Positions 10,340 through 20,354 of a stretch of DNA of 64,000 bases are shown one piece after another; the first letter of the stretch is position 1; the number at the start of each line of letters is the position of its first letter. Below the pieces are notes generated by a model. That model was given only the letters and a program-made list of their open reading frames with translations, did no database searches and was not told the origin of the DNA. The DNA lies in contig JACPHT010000006.1 in NCBI GenBank assembly GCA_016188475.1, positions 68,313 to 132,312 on the forward strand, in the 5' to 3' direction. A program made the position numbers and the translations under genes. The DNA comes from Candidatus Uhrbacteria bacterium (GTDB taxonomy: Bacteria > Patescibacteriota > Patescibacteriia > UBA9934 > GWF2-40-263).

Positions 10340-10382
10340 GTTTCCTGACTTACGGCAGGCAAGTGTGGTAAACTATAAATCT

Positions 10383-11480
10383 ATGAAAAGATGGGTCATT
10401 ATTTTAAGTTTGTTTCTGTCCGCTCTTACAACAACGAATGTCCTTGCTCAAGTAGCGACAGAACCAAGAGAAGTAAAAGCGACAATCACAAACATTCAAG
10501 ATCAAGTGTCAGATGGAAAACATTTTTATAATTTTGAAGCAAAAGATTCTTTTGGTGAAATTTTTAAGGCTGACACGACTGCATCGTATCCAAATGGTCT
10601 TTTTATACCGCTCAAAATTGGCGACAGAGTTCGATTGAGAATTGTAGAAAATCCTGACGGTACACAATCAACTTTTTTTGATGACAAAATCCGAACAGGA
10701 TCTCTCGCGGCTTTATTTTTTATTTTTGCGGTAATTGCAATAGCTATAGGATTTTTTCGAGGATTGTTTTCACTCATTGGCCTTGCATTTACGCTCATTG
10801 TTTTATTTTGGTTTTTGTTTCCTCAAATTCTCGCGGGCCGCGATCCGATTCTTATGACAGTTCTGGCTTCGATCGTAATATTATTCGTCAACATTCATTT
10901 ATCTCACGGTCTTCGTGTCCGAACTTTTTTTTCATTTCTCGGGACAGTTGCGGGATTATTTGTAGTCGTGGTATTGAGTTATATTTTCACGCACGCAAGT
11001 TCACTTTCTGGAGTTGGAACAGAGGAGTCAACATTTCTTTTGTGGGAAATTAAAACGATAAAAGATCCCGTTGCACTTTTTATCGCGGCGGTTATATTAG
11101 GTACAGTTGGAGTTTTGGACGATGTTGCTGTAACACAATCTGAAGTTGTTGGTGAGATGCTTGAAGTTGATTCAACACTATCGCGTAAGGATTTATTTTT
11201 TAGAGCAATGCGAGTTGGACGGCATCATATTGCCTCGACCGTAAATACGCTTGTTCTTGTTTATGCAGGAGCCGCGCTTCCGATATTTCTGCTTTTCTTT
11301 TCGTCGTCTTCGGATGTTGGTACGTTTTTGAATAACCAAGCCGTTGCTGAAGAATTTGTCAGAACGATAGTCGGAACGATTTCCCTAATGTTAACAGTTC
11401 CGTTTGCAACAGCGTTTGCTACAATTCCAAGGTCGAAGCATGCAAAAGAATTTGTTGACATTCATTCAAAAGAACGGTAG
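10383..11480 (+). CDS. YibE/F family membrane protein
   Basis: GVLDDVAVTQ, VGRHHIASTVNTLVLVYAG, EEFVRT. Confidence 0.9.
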   Translation: MKRWVIILSLFLSALTTTNVLAQVATEPREVKATITNIQDQVSDGKHFYNFEAKDSFGEIFKADTTASYPNGLFIPLKIGDRVRLRIVENPDGTQSTFFDDKIRTGSLAALFFIFAVIAIAIGFFRGLFSLIGLAFTLIVLFWFLFPQILAGRDPILMTVLASIVILFVNIHLSHGLRVRTFFSFLGTVAGLFVVVVLSYIFTHASSLSGVGTEESTFLLWEIKTIKDPVALFIAAVILGTVGVLDDVAVTQSEVVGEMLEVDSTLSRKDLFFRAMRVGRHHIASTVNTLVLVYAGAALPIFLLFFSSSSDVGTFLNNQAVAEEFVRTIVGTISLMLTVPFATAFATIPRSKHAKEFVDIHSKER

Positions 11481-11498
11481 GTTTTACGAATACATATT

Positions 11499-11951
11499 AT
11501 GGTTTATCTATCAAAAGAAAAATTAGAAGACTTAAAAGACGAACTTGAAAAACGATCAAGACAAACACGTCGCGAAATAGCGGATATAATTAGCTCTTCA
11601 AAAGAGCTCGGAGATTTATCCGAGAATTTTGAATATCAGGATGCAAAGGAACAGCAAGCTTTAAACGAAGCGCGAGTTGTTCAACTTGAAGACATGATTC
11701 ACAATGCTGTTTTGGTTCAATCAACAACCGGAACCGATTTAATCAATCTTGGATGCACTTTCAAAACTCTTGTGAATGGTGTTGAAAAAATTTTCGAATT
11801 GGTTGGTTCAACCGAGGCTGATCCTATTTCAGGAAAAATCAGCAATGAATCTCCGCTCGGCCAAGCATTTGTCGGACACAGGGAAGGGGACATTATTTCA
11901 ATTAATGTTCCAAACGGTACAATCGAATATAAAATTATTAAAATTTTATAA
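11499..11951 (+). CDS. greA: Transcription elongation factor GreA
   Basis: GDLSENFEY, ISNESPLG. Confidence 0.95.
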   Translation: MVYLSKEKLEDLKDELEKRSRQTRREIADIISSSKELGDLSENFEYQDAKEQQALNEARVVQLEDMIHNAVLVQSTTGTDLINLGCTFKTLVNGVEKIFELVGSTEADPISGKISNESPLGQAFVGHREGDIISINVPNGTIEYKIIKIL

Positions 11952-11980
11952 TGAACTTGATTGCATATAATACAAAATTT

Positions 11981-12062
11981 TTAATGCAGTTGTTGTACTA
12001 TGTCTCCGGGCCATCGGACTGTCGCCGTTGTTCCCTCCGACACAGCACAACAACTGCATTAA
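11981..12062. repeat. Hairpin element family A, copy 1
   Basis: 24-bp arms ttaatgcagttgttgtactatgtc and gacacagcacaacaactgcattaa; homologous to 29977-30057. Confidence 0.85.
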
Positions 12063-12141
12063 CCGAAAAACTTTACTTCTATTCTAAAACCATTCACCTT
12101 TGCTACTTTTCTCCTCTGATACTTTTCTTCTAATATAATCT

Positions 12142-13617
12142 ATGATAGATGAAACACAAGCAAGGCTCGCGCGACTTCAAGCAATGCGCGATGCTGGAAT
12201 CGAGCCGTATCCATCAACAGCGCAAAGGACAAATACAATTTTCGAATTTTCAAACTCTTTCGAAACTTTCCAAAATTCACAACAAGATTTGTCTTTAGTT
12301 GGCCGAATTAGATTGATTCGAACTCACGGCGGTTTAACTTTTTGTCAGATTCAAGATGGAACAGGGATCGTTCAAATCGTGATTCGCAAGGATCATTTAG
12401 GAGAAACACAATACAAACAGTTTTTGCAAATGATGGATATTGGAGATTTTTTGCAATGTACTGGAAAAGCTTTTGTAACAAAAAAAGGAGAAAAAAGTTT
12501 AGATGTTTTTGTATACGTTCCTCTTGCTAAAGCACTGCTTCCTTTGCCTGAAAAGTGGCACGGACTTTCGGACGTTGAAACACGTTTCAGAAAACGTTAT
12601 TTGGATTTGATAATGAATTCCGACGCTCGCGAGCGTTTACTTGCAAGATCGAAAATTATTGCCGCAATTCGCAACCTGCTTGATTCGCGAGATTTTATTG
12701 AAGTTGAAACACCAACACTTCAGCCTATATATGGAGGTGGTTTTGCACGACCTTTCAAAACTCATCACAACGCGCTTGACGCTGATTTTTTTCTTAGAAT
12801 TTCAGACGAGATGTATCTGAAACGGTTAATTGTTGGTGGTTTTGAAAAAGTTTATGAAATTACAAAGGTTTTTCGCAACGAAGGAATCGATCACGATCAT
12901 AATCCAGAATTTACAATGTTTGAAGCACAGATAGCATATAAAAACTATCTCTATGGAATGGATTTATTTGAAGAGATTTTTGAAACAGTTGCAAAACAAG
13001 CACTTGGAAAAACAAGTGTTCAGCACGGTGAAATAACAATAGAGCTCGCGCGTCCATGGAAAAGAATGAAGCTTGTTGAAGCTGTTGAAAAAATCGGCGG
13101 TCTTGGTTTGGATATATGGTCAAATGAGAAACAAGCGAGAAAAGAATTAAAAAATAAACTTCCAAAGTCTCAACACGAAATTGTTGATTCCATGAAAACC
13201 GTCGGTGAACTTATCGCGTTTGCGTTTGAGGAACTCGTTGAAGAAAAACTTATTCAGCCGACAATAATTTACGATTATCCAGTTGAAGTTTCTCCGCTTG
13301 CGAAAAAAAGTGATGATCCTCGATTTGTCGAACGGTTCGAGGCTTTTGCACTTGGAAGTGAGATTGGAAACAACTATTCTGAACTTAATGATCCGGTTGA
13401 TTTGGAAAAGCGTTTTATTGCAGAAAAAGCTCGGGAGAAAGCTGGTTTTGAAGAAGCCCATCAGACCGATTATGATTATTTGGAAGCGATCAAACATGGA
13501 ATGCCTCCTGTTTGCGGACTTGGAATAGGAGTTGATCGAATGGTCATGCTTTTAACCGGCGCGGAAAACATAAAAGAAGTTATTTTATTTCCGACATTGC
13601 GTCCGGAAATAAAATGA
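12142..13617 (+). CDS. lysS: Lysine--tRNA ligase (class II)
   Basis: OB-fold N-terminus, FRNEGID, HNPEFTM, GMPPVCGLGIGVDR. Confidence 0.97.
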   Translation: MIDETQARLARLQAMRDAGIEPYPSTAQRTNTIFEFSNSFETFQNSQQDLSLVGRIRLIRTHGGLTFCQIQDGTGIVQIVIRKDHLGETQYKQFLQMMDIGDFLQCTGKAFVTKKGEKSLDVFVYVPLAKALLPLPEKWHGLSDVETRFRKRYLDLIMNSDARERLLARSKIIAAIRNLLDSRDFIEVETPTLQPIYGGGFARPFKTHHNALDADFFLRISDEMYLKRLIVGGFEKVYEITKVFRNEGIDHDHNPEFTMFEAQIAYKNYLYGMDLFEEIFETVAKQALGKTSVQHGEITIELARPWKRMKLVEAVEKIGGLGLDIWSNEKQARKELKNKLPKSQHEIVDSMKTVGELIAFAFEELVEEKLIQPTIIYDYPVEVSPLAKKSDDPRFVERFEAFALGSEIGNNYSELNDPVDLEKRFIAEKAREKAGFEEAHQTDYDYLEAIKHGMPPVCGLGIGVDRMVMLLTGAENIKEVILFPTLRPEIK

Positions 13618-13618
13618 T

Positions 13619-14005
13619 ATGAAAAAACTCGTGCTTGTATTCGGAACATTTGACGGACTTCATGCCGGTCATTTGTTTTTTTTGAAACAAGCAAAAAGGG
13701 AAGGGGACATGCTTTTTGTTTCGGTTGCCCGCGATGAGCATGTTTGGATTTTGAAACAAAAAAAACCTAAATTTAATGAGCAAAAACGTTTGCAAACAGT
13801 ACGCTCGATTCCGTTTGTGGAGCACGCGCAATTTTCTGATCAAGTACTTGGAAGTTATAGCGTTTTTGAAAACGTAAATCCAGATGTGATAGTTTTTGGT
13901 TTTGATCAGCAGCAACTTAAAGCCAGTGTTGAAAAATGGATGAACGAACACAGACGTTCTATTAGAACAAAAATGATTGGTCAAAAAGAAAATTTTTCAA
14001 ATTAA
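13619..14005 (+). CDS. Cytidylyltransferase-family nucleotidyltransferase (RibL/TagD-like)
   Basis: FGTFDGLHAGH (HxGH), VARD, PDVIVFGFDQ. Confidence 0.85.
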   Translation: MKKLVLVFGTFDGLHAGHLFFLKQAKREGDMLFVSVARDEHVWILKQKKPKFNEQKRLQTVRSIPFVEHAQFSDQVLGSYSVFENVNPDVIVFGFDQQQLKASVEKWMNEHRRSIRTKMIGQKENFSN

Positions 14006-14009
14006 CACA

Positions 14010-14045
14010 ATCACACTTAACTACCGATCGGTAGTTAAGTGTGAT
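14010..14045. repeat. 36-bp palindrome family C, copy 1
   Basis: atcacacttaactaccga|tcggtagttaagtgtgat, a perfect palindrome. Confidence 0.9.
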
Positions 14046-14046
14046 A

Positions 14047-15186
14047 ATGAATATGGAACGAACATGGATTGAAATTGATGAACAAGCAATTATTTCAAAT
14101 ATAAAAACATTGCGCTCTCTGTCACAGGGAACTTGTTTTTGCGCAATCGTTAAAGCAAACGCATACGGACATGGAATGAAAGAAGTCGCTCAAATTGCGG
14201 CCCGTGTCGGAGTACAATCATTCGGTGTTGATACTTTGGAAGATGCGTTTATTCTTCGTGAAATTTTACCGAGCGCGCAAATAATAGTGCTTGGATACGT
14301 CATGCAACACGATTATCCGGAAGCTGTAAGAAATGCAATTGAATTAACGATTTCTGATCGTGAAGATATTGAACAATTGGAGCGTGTATCTTCCGCAACA
14401 GCGTCAACGGCTCAAATACACGCCAAAATTGAAACGGGAACATCAAGGAGAGGTATTCTAATGGAAGAACTTGTTGATTTTTTGCTTGAAATCAAGCGTA
14501 GTCATCATGTTTCAGTCAATGGAATATCAACGCACTTTGCCAATGTTGAAGATACTGGAAATTCCGAATATGCTTCAGTTCAATTTTCTCGATTTTCTGA
14601 AGCCATAAATGAATTTCAAAATTACGGTTTTAATCCTCCCTATATTCACTGCGCTTGTAGTGCGGCTATACTTCTTTATCCAGCCACTCACGGAACTCTT
14701 GTAAGAGCTGGAATCGGTCTTTATGGATTATGGCCTTCAGAATCTGTTGAACAAACAATGCACAAACAAAACATTTCATGTGAGTTGCGTCCAGTTTTAA
14801 AATGGAAAACACGTATTGCGCAGGTGAAGTCGTATTCTATTGGAACACCGATCGGATATGGATCAACAGAAAAGCTGAAACAACGAAGTCGTATTGCTGT
14901 TCTTCCGGTTGGTTATTGGGATGGGTATGATCGGTCGCTATCTTCCATTGGCGAAGTTCTTGTCGGGGGTTATAGATGTAAAGTTGTGGGAAGAGTTTGC
15001 ATGAATATGATGATGATTGATGTTTCATCTGTTCCAACAGTCGAAAAAGAACAAGTTGTGACATTGCTTGGAATTGATGGAAGACATGAAATTAGTGCGT
15101 CTGAGATCGCTAGAAAAATTCAAACCATACCTTATGAAATTGTGACAAGAATCAATCCACAGCTTCCTCGAATTGTACTTTCGTGA
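14047..15186 (+). CDS. alr: Alanine racemase
   Basis: AIVKANAYGHG (PLP lysine), GYWDGY, GRVCM, IPYEIVT. Confidence 0.96.
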   Translation: MNMERTWIEIDEQAIISNIKTLRSLSQGTCFCAIVKANAYGHGMKEVAQIAARVGVQSFGVDTLEDAFILREILPSAQIIVLGYVMQHDYPEAVRNAIELTISDREDIEQLERVSSATASTAQIHAKIETGTSRRGILMEELVDFLLEIKRSHHVSVNGISTHFANVEDTGNSEYASVQFSRFSEAINEFQNYGFNPPYIHCACSAAILLYPATHGTLVRAGIGLYGLWPSESVEQTMHKQNISCELRPVLKWKTRIAQVKSYSIGTPIGYGSTEKLKQRSRIAVLPVGYWDGYDRSLSSIGEVLVGGYRCKVVGRVCMNMMMIDVSSVPTVEKEQVVTLLGIDGRHEISASEIARKIQTIPYEIVTRINPQLPRIVLS

Positions 15187-15190
15187 AGAT

Positions 15191-16018
15191 ATGAGACGTA
15201 GAAATTTTTTTCGAAAAACTCAACAAAAGCGATATGCGTCTCGAACATTTCGAAACCCATATTTTCGTGAGAAAATTGATAAGCGACCAGCCGTTATTCT
15301 TTATGGTGTTATGATCTCATTTTTGTTTATTTTAATCGTGTTGATTATTATTTTTCTTAAACCGTCTTTCAAAATTAACGAAATTCACGTTGTCGGACTT
15401 GAAACAATTTCAAAAACTGAAATTGATGACGCTTTGAGATCTTACGCAGGCGAAAATCTGTTTCTCTTCTTTCCGCGCCAGAACAGATACTTATTCAATC
15501 AAGAAAGGCTTGTTGTGTACTTAAAAAATAGGTTTACTCTGCGTGATGTTACGATTAAAAGGATCAAAAATAAAATTGAAATTCAAATTGTCGAACGATC
15601 ATCTTTTTTGATTTGGCAAACAAAAGGAAAGTCGTTCGTAGTTGATCTTGAAGGTGTAGTAATTCGTGAATCAGAAGAAGAGGAGATTTCCTCACTGCCA
15701 ATTTTTGTTGACAGGAATAACGTTGAAATAAATATAGGAGACGCAGTTCTTTCACCAGAGGAAATTTCTTCAGTTCTAAAATTCGAGGAACACCTTAGAG
15801 CGCAAAATATTTCATATAAACAAGTTGAGTTTGATCGTCTGGCAGGGAAGTGGACCGGAGTTTTAACAAATGACGGCTACAGAATCTTATTTGATGTTAC
15901 AGGCGACATTGAAGCTCAAGCGCAAAGACTCGAACTCATTAAAAAAGAAAAAATCACAGATGTTTCTAAGCTTGAGTATATCGATCTTAGGTTTGGAGAT
16001 CATGTGTATTATAAGTAA
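15191..16018 (+). CDS. FtsQ/DivIB-like cell division protein
   Basis: Single TM, POTRA-like segment, C-terminal YIDLRFGDHVYYK. Confidence 0.75.
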   Translation: MRRRNFFRKTQQKRYASRTFRNPYFREKIDKRPAVILYGVMISFLFILIVLIIIFLKPSFKINEIHVVGLETISKTEIDDALRSYAGENLFLFFPRQNRYLFNQERLVVYLKNRFTLRDVTIKRIKNKIEIQIVERSSFLIWQTKGKSFVVDLEGVVIRESEEEEISSLPIFVDRNNVEINIGDAVLSPEEISSVLKFEEHLRAQNISYKQVEFDRLAGKWTGVLTNDGYRILFDVTGDIEAQAQRLELIKKEKITDVSKLEYIDLRFGDHVYYK

Positions 16019-16207
16019 GAGGAAAGAAGAGAGTTGAAAAACTGGTGTGTCGTAAAATAAAATTTTCTCAAGAAAAAAGTAGATGAGAGAGAAGCACACG
16101 TTAAACTAAGGAATGGAAGATATTATGATTCAGTGTAAGTTTGTAAAATTCACCAAGATCTTATATGACTTGGTTTAAATTAGTTTCTTGCTTAAAAATC
16201 TAATCAT

Positions 16208-16235
16208 GTGTCGTATAAGATACATTGTGCGACGC
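16208..16235. other. Putative dif-like tyrosine-recombinase site
   Basis: gtgtcgtataa-gataca-ttgtgcgacgc: imperfect 11-6-11 inverted repeat between convergent genes. Confidence 0.45.
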
Positions 16236-16242
16236 CACTAAT

Positions 16243-16446
16243 TTATCCAAACAAATTAGTGAGGTATAGAATGAGCAGTAAAATGGATCCCATGAAGAAG
16301 AAAGCAAGCCCGATAAGGACAAGCGCATTAACAACGACATCATCCCCCATTGCCCCCTTTATAACGTAAAAACTTACGCAGACGAATGCTAAAGTTGGAC
16401 CTAGTACAAACAACCATCCAATAACAGTAAGAGCTGCTTCTAACAT
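16243..16446 (-). CDS. Small two-TM membrane protein
   Basis: 67 aa hydrophobic ORF 3 bp downstream of the M23 gene. Confidence 0.6.
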   Translation of the reverse strand: MLEAALTVIGWLFVLGPTLAFVCVSFYVIKGAMGDDVVVNALVLIGLAFFFMGSILLLILYLTNLFG

Positions 16447-16449
16447 ATT

Positions 16450-17646
16450 TTATTTTAAGTATGGAATAGGATCCGTTGGAATACCATCCTTACGAACCTC
16501 AAAATGGAGATGCGGACCAGTTGAAAGGCCTGTGCTACCAACCGCGCCTATAACTTGTCCTCGGGCTACAAACTCGTCAGGTTTCACGTCAATTCTGGAA
16601 AGATGAGCATAAAGCGTTGATAAACCGTTTGAATGAATAATCATGACGTAGTTTCCATACAAGCGTCCTTTTTTAGCCCATGCTACATAACCAGGCGCGG
16701 CCGATCCGATCGGAGTTCCTTTCGGTGCCGGCAAATCAATTCCTGAATGTTCAAAAAGATTTCGATAAGGATATGTTGGGTCGTTGAAATAAACAGAAAT
16801 ACCTTTTAATGGGTTAAACGGCCAGGACATCAAAGAGCTGTCACCTGAATTTTCTGATGCGCTCAACTTCCCTTCTATTTCTTTTTGTAAAACAGAAATT
16901 TGTTGAGTGATGAATTGTTCCTCTTCTTTCAGTTGCTGCAAAAGCAATCGGAATTGATTTTCAGAATTTTGTGTTTCACTTATTAGTATTTTTTGTGAAT
17001 CAACTTCTTCTTCGAGTTGATCCTTTTCACGCTCAAGTGCGAGTTGCATCTCCTGCATTTGGTCTCTTTTTGTTTGTTCAGTTTCACGCTTGCTTTCTAT
17101 TGCTATCTTAGATTGTTTCGTCCTTTCAAGAGTTTGTTTTAAATCTTTGTTGATTGTTTCGAGTGATTGAACCTCATCAAACAATTGAGACAAAGAGTCT
17201 GATCCAAAAAAAACTCTAAGCGGTAAATCCTGATCCTTGACTTGAATTTTTTGTAAAACAGACGCAAGAAGTTGTCTGTCTTTCTGTAAGGTCTTTTCAA
17301 GATCAGTCAGTTGATTGTTCAATAATGCAATTTCTGTGTTGACAAGGTCAATAGTTTGCTCTGTTTCCTCAATTTCAAGTTTCGTTTTTGCAATTCTATT
17401 ATCAAGTAAATTAACCTCAACCGTTAGAGAAGTTTTTTCAGCTTGTTTTTTTTCAATTTTTTTCTTGTATTCGTCAATTCTGTCATTTAGATTATCGATA
17501 TTCTTCTTTTTTTGTGAAATTTGGTCATTGAGGGCGTTGATTTCTGACGAAGCGCCACTAGTTTGCGCAAAAACAATCCCCATTAATGGTTGTATGGCAA
17601 AATAAAGTATAAAGATACTAAGAAAGAATTTTAACCGCATGTTCAA
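16450..17646 (-). CDS. Coiled-coil M23 family metallopeptidase (EnvC/murein hydrolase activator-like)
   Basis: Signal peptide, long coiled coil, HSGID, YAHLS, STGPHLHFEVR. Confidence 0.9.
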   Translation of the reverse strand: MNMRLKFFLSIFILYFAIQPLMGIVFAQTSGASSEINALNDQISQKKKNIDNLNDRIDEYKKKIEKKQAEKTSLTVEVNLLDNRIAKTKLEIEETEQTIDLVNTEIALLNNQLTDLEKTLQKDRQLLASVLQKIQVKDQDLPLRVFFGSDSLSQLFDEVQSLETINKDLKQTLERTKQSKIAIESKRETEQTKRDQMQEMQLALEREKDQLEEEVDSQKILISETQNSENQFRLLLQQLKEEEQFITQQISVLQKEIEGKLSASENSGDSSLMSWPFNPLKGISVYFNDPTYPYRNLFEHSGIDLPAPKGTPIGSAAPGYVAWAKKGRLYGNYVMIIHSNGLSTLYAHLSRIDVKPDEFVARGQVIGAVGSTGLSTGPHLHFEVRKDGIPTDPIPYLK

Positions 17647-19075
17647 TACGTTTTAGGGATTCTTGTTTTTGGAGCACCCAAAGCAATTCAAACGGGCTTG
17701 GCGATCGTTCTGCGCCTGAAAGTGAAACACGAAGCGGCCACAAAACATTTCCATTTTCCAGATCGTTATCCTTAATATACCTTGATATCGCTTGTTCGAT
17801 CAATTGCGGATCGTTGAAAACGATTTCGTCAATTGAAGATATAAATTCAAGAATATTTTTTAATTGTAGTTTCGCATCTTTACTGTCTGATTTTTTCCAT
17901 ACAAGCAGTTCTTTTTCATAAACAGGATTGGATTGGTAAGAGTCAACGACTGCAGATATGTCAGACAATAAGTTTATTCTAGATTTCTCGATTTTACAGA
18001 TGCGTCGCAAAATATCGTCTTCAACTTTTCCCTTCAAAAATGGCTTAACTCTCGATACAAAATCTTCATCTGAAAGTTTTTTTATATACTGACCGTTCAT
18101 CCACAAAAGTTTGTTAACATCAAACACCGCTCCGCTTTTGTTAATTTTTTTAAGATCAAAATGCTCAATCAATTCTTCTCGAGTATATATTTCCCTATCA
18201 GCTGTTGGATTAAAACCAAGCAGTGAAACGAAATTTTCAAGCGCCTCTTCCAAAAATCCTTTTGCAAGATAATCTTCAACAGCAACATCTCCTTGTCGTT
18301 TTGAAAGTTTTGTTTTATCTGGATTCAAAATGAGTGGAAGATGCGCGAAAATTGGAATAGGAAAACCAAACCAATTATAGAGAATTACATGTTTTGGAAC
18401 CGAAGAGATCCACTCTTCCCCACGTATGATATGGGTCACACCCATCAAATAATCATCAACAACGACTGCTAAATGATAAGTTGGGAAACCGTCGGCTTTG
18501 AGAAGTACTTGATCGTCAATTTCTTGATTGTCGATCGTAACATCGCCTCGAATTTCGTCGTGAAACATTGTCTTCCCATCTGGAATTTTCATTCGTATAA
18601 CATTTGATTCACCTGATTGCAATTTTGTTTGAATTTCTTCTGCTGATAGCTTTAAACAATTTCGATCGTATTTTGTTGTTTGCTTAATTGCTTGTTGTTG
18701 TTCGCGTAATTTAGTAAGACGTTCTTTTGAGCAAAAACAATAATACGCATGGCCTGAATCAACTAATTGATTTGCGTATTTTTTATAAATTTCAAGACGA
18801 GCAGATTGAACATAAGGCCCATTGTTTCCTTTTTCAACAATCTTTCCATTTCTTACAACAGGACCTTCGTCATAATCAATTTTCATTCTTTCAAGTGTTC
18901 CAATAAGCGACTCAACAGCGCCTTCAACATATCGCTCGCGATCAGTGTCTTCAATTCGCAAAAGAAATTTACCATTATACTTTTTTGCGAAAAAATAATT
19001 ATAGAGCGCTGTTCTAAGCGATCCTACATGCAGATATCCTGTTGGAGATGGCGGAAAACGAGTTTTAACATTCAT
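17618..19075 (-). CDS. gltX: Glutamate--tRNA ligase
   Basis: PSPTGYLHVG, RIEDTD, KLSKR. Confidence 0.97.
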   Translation of the reverse strand: MNVKTRFPPSPTGYLHVGSLRTALYNYFFAKKYNGKFLLRIEDTDRERYVEGAVESLIGTLERMKIDYDEGPVVRNGKIVEKGNNGPYVQSARLEIYKKYANQLVDSGHAYYCFCSKERLTKLREQQQAIKQTTKYDRNCLKLSAEEIQTKLQSGESNVIRMKIPDGKTMFHDEIRGDVTIDNQEIDDQVLLKADGFPTYHLAVVVDDYLMGVTHIIRGEEWISSVPKHVILYNWFGFPIPIFAHLPLILNPDKTKLSKRQGDVAVEDYLAKGFLEEALENFVSLLGFNPTADREIYTREELIEHFDLKKINKSGAVFDVNKLLWMNGQYIKKLSDEDFVSRVKPFLKGKVEDDILRRICKIEKSRINLLSDISAVVDSYQSNPVYEKELLVWKKSDSKDAKLQLKNILEFISSIDEIVFNDPQLIEQAISRYIKDNDLENGNVLWPLRVSLSGAERSPSPFELLWVLQKQESLKRIEHAVKILS

Positions 19076-19078
19076 AAT

Positions 19079-19840
19079 TTATTTGTGCTGTTTCAGTTTA
19101 TCCCAAATAACAAGCAATGGAAAGACGACAACAGCATTGAGAATTCTGCAAATGCGTTTTGGTTCAATTATAACTCTCCAAAGCCATTCCAGCCCATTTT
19201 TACGCATCCATAACGGCGCTCTTTTCAGACGACCGGAAATTGTGTCGAACGCTCCCCCTACACCGATAATTATTTTTAACGAAGGAATCTTTTGACTTAT
19301 TTCCAAAATGAATCTTTCCTGTTTCCCAAAAGATAACGCAACTGCAAGAACGTTAGGTTCTGATTTGATTATTTCATTGGTTAGTTCGTCTGAAATTGAA
19401 ACCGATTCTGAATTTCCCAAAACCAAACCCAGATCAACTGAATCAACGTTTAGATTATGAAATCGTTTCTTTAATATGTTTGCCGCTGATTGAGAAACAA
19501 AATTTTTTCCGCCCAACAAAACCAATTTTTTATTTGTCATTGAACATATTCCAGCCAATAGAATCAACGCGTCAATTCCTGTTTGACGATTTTTTAGTTG
19601 TCTGTTTGTTAGCGCAGATATTGCAAATTTAACACCAACACCATCTGCCAGAGACAGATCGCTTTGATTTAATACGTTCGTAAAATCTGAATCCTTTCGC
19701 GATTTTAAAAGAAATTCTGGGTTTGGAGTGAAAACTATTTTTGCCTGTGCTCCATTTAACCATTTCAAAAACAAGTCAGTTATTTCCTGCGTTGAAATAT
19801 CATCAAAAGGAACCCCGAAAATTTTGTGTCTTTCTGTCAT
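19079..19840 (-). CDS. WecB/TagA/CpsF family glycosyltransferase
   Basis: TPNPE, ADGVGV, GVGGAFD, RAPLWM..GLEWLWR. Confidence 0.92.
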   Translation of the reverse strand: MTERHKIFGVPFDDISTQEITDLFLKWLNGAQAKIVFTPNPEFLLKSRKDSDFTNVLNQSDLSLADGVGVKFAISALTNRQLKNRQTGIDALILLAGICSMTNKKLVLLGGKNFVSQSAANILKKRFHNLNVDSVDLGLVLGNSESVSISDELTNEIIKSEPNVLAVALSFGKQERFILEISQKIPSLKIIIGVGGAFDTISGRLKRAPLWMRKNGLEWLWRVIIEPKRICRILNAVVVFPLLVIWDKLKQHK

Positions 19841-19887
19841 AATCTGTTGTATTTTGTCTTCGGATGTTAATATAAAGTTATATTACT

Positions 19888-20289
19888 ATGCTTTACATAA
19901 AAAATCCTTTAAGTTTGATTTCAGGTTTGATCGTTTTACCGCTTATCACCTCTTTGATAATACCTTTGATAATTAGTGATATTTGGGTTGAAATTTATCA
20001 CAGAATCTGTTTTCCGCTTTATCACATACCGTGCGTTCGTAGAAAAAGTTACATCCAAATTATGGATAGATCAAGGCTTCCGTATTTAAGTTGGCTCCAA
20101 AAACTCTATTGCATGTATTGTGGATATGGAAACGGTGTTATCCGTTATTGGTCGCAGATTGCTGGAAGAACAGAGCACTATTGGTGCGGGATTCAACATA
20201 AGAAAATTGTTTCTTTTGTAGAACAAGAACATCAAAAAGATTTTTCAAAATATGACGATGAAGAGGATTTTAAAAAGAAGTATCTTTAG
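19888..20289 (+). CDS. Conserved hypothetical Cys-containing membrane protein
   Basis: N-terminal TM; CMYCGYGNG and YWCGIQH motifs. Confidence 0.75.
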   Translation: MLYIKNPLSLISGLIVLPLITSLIIPLIISDIWVEIYHRICFPLYHIPCVRRKSYIQIMDRSRLPYLSWLQKLYCMYCGYGNGVIRYWSQIAGRTEHYWCGIQHKKIVSFVEQEHQKDFSKYDDEEDFKKKYL

Positions 20290-20310
20290 AAAATCAAAAA
20301 TTGAAACAAT

Positions 20311-20351
20311 TTGACAAACTTACGTTAGCACTCTAGTATTACGAGTGCCAA
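20311..20351 (+). promoter_or_regulatory. clpB promoter overlapped by a CIRCE (HrcA) operator
   Basis: TTAGCACTC-N9-GAGTGCCAA at 20325-20351 (one mismatch to consensus); TTGACA(20311)-17 bp-TAGTAT(20334). Confidence 0.9.
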
Positions 20352-20354
20352 AAT

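Noticed and set aside
11951-12133. 60-aa ORF between greA and lysS
   Set aside because: It spans the family A hairpin and has no protein-like features.
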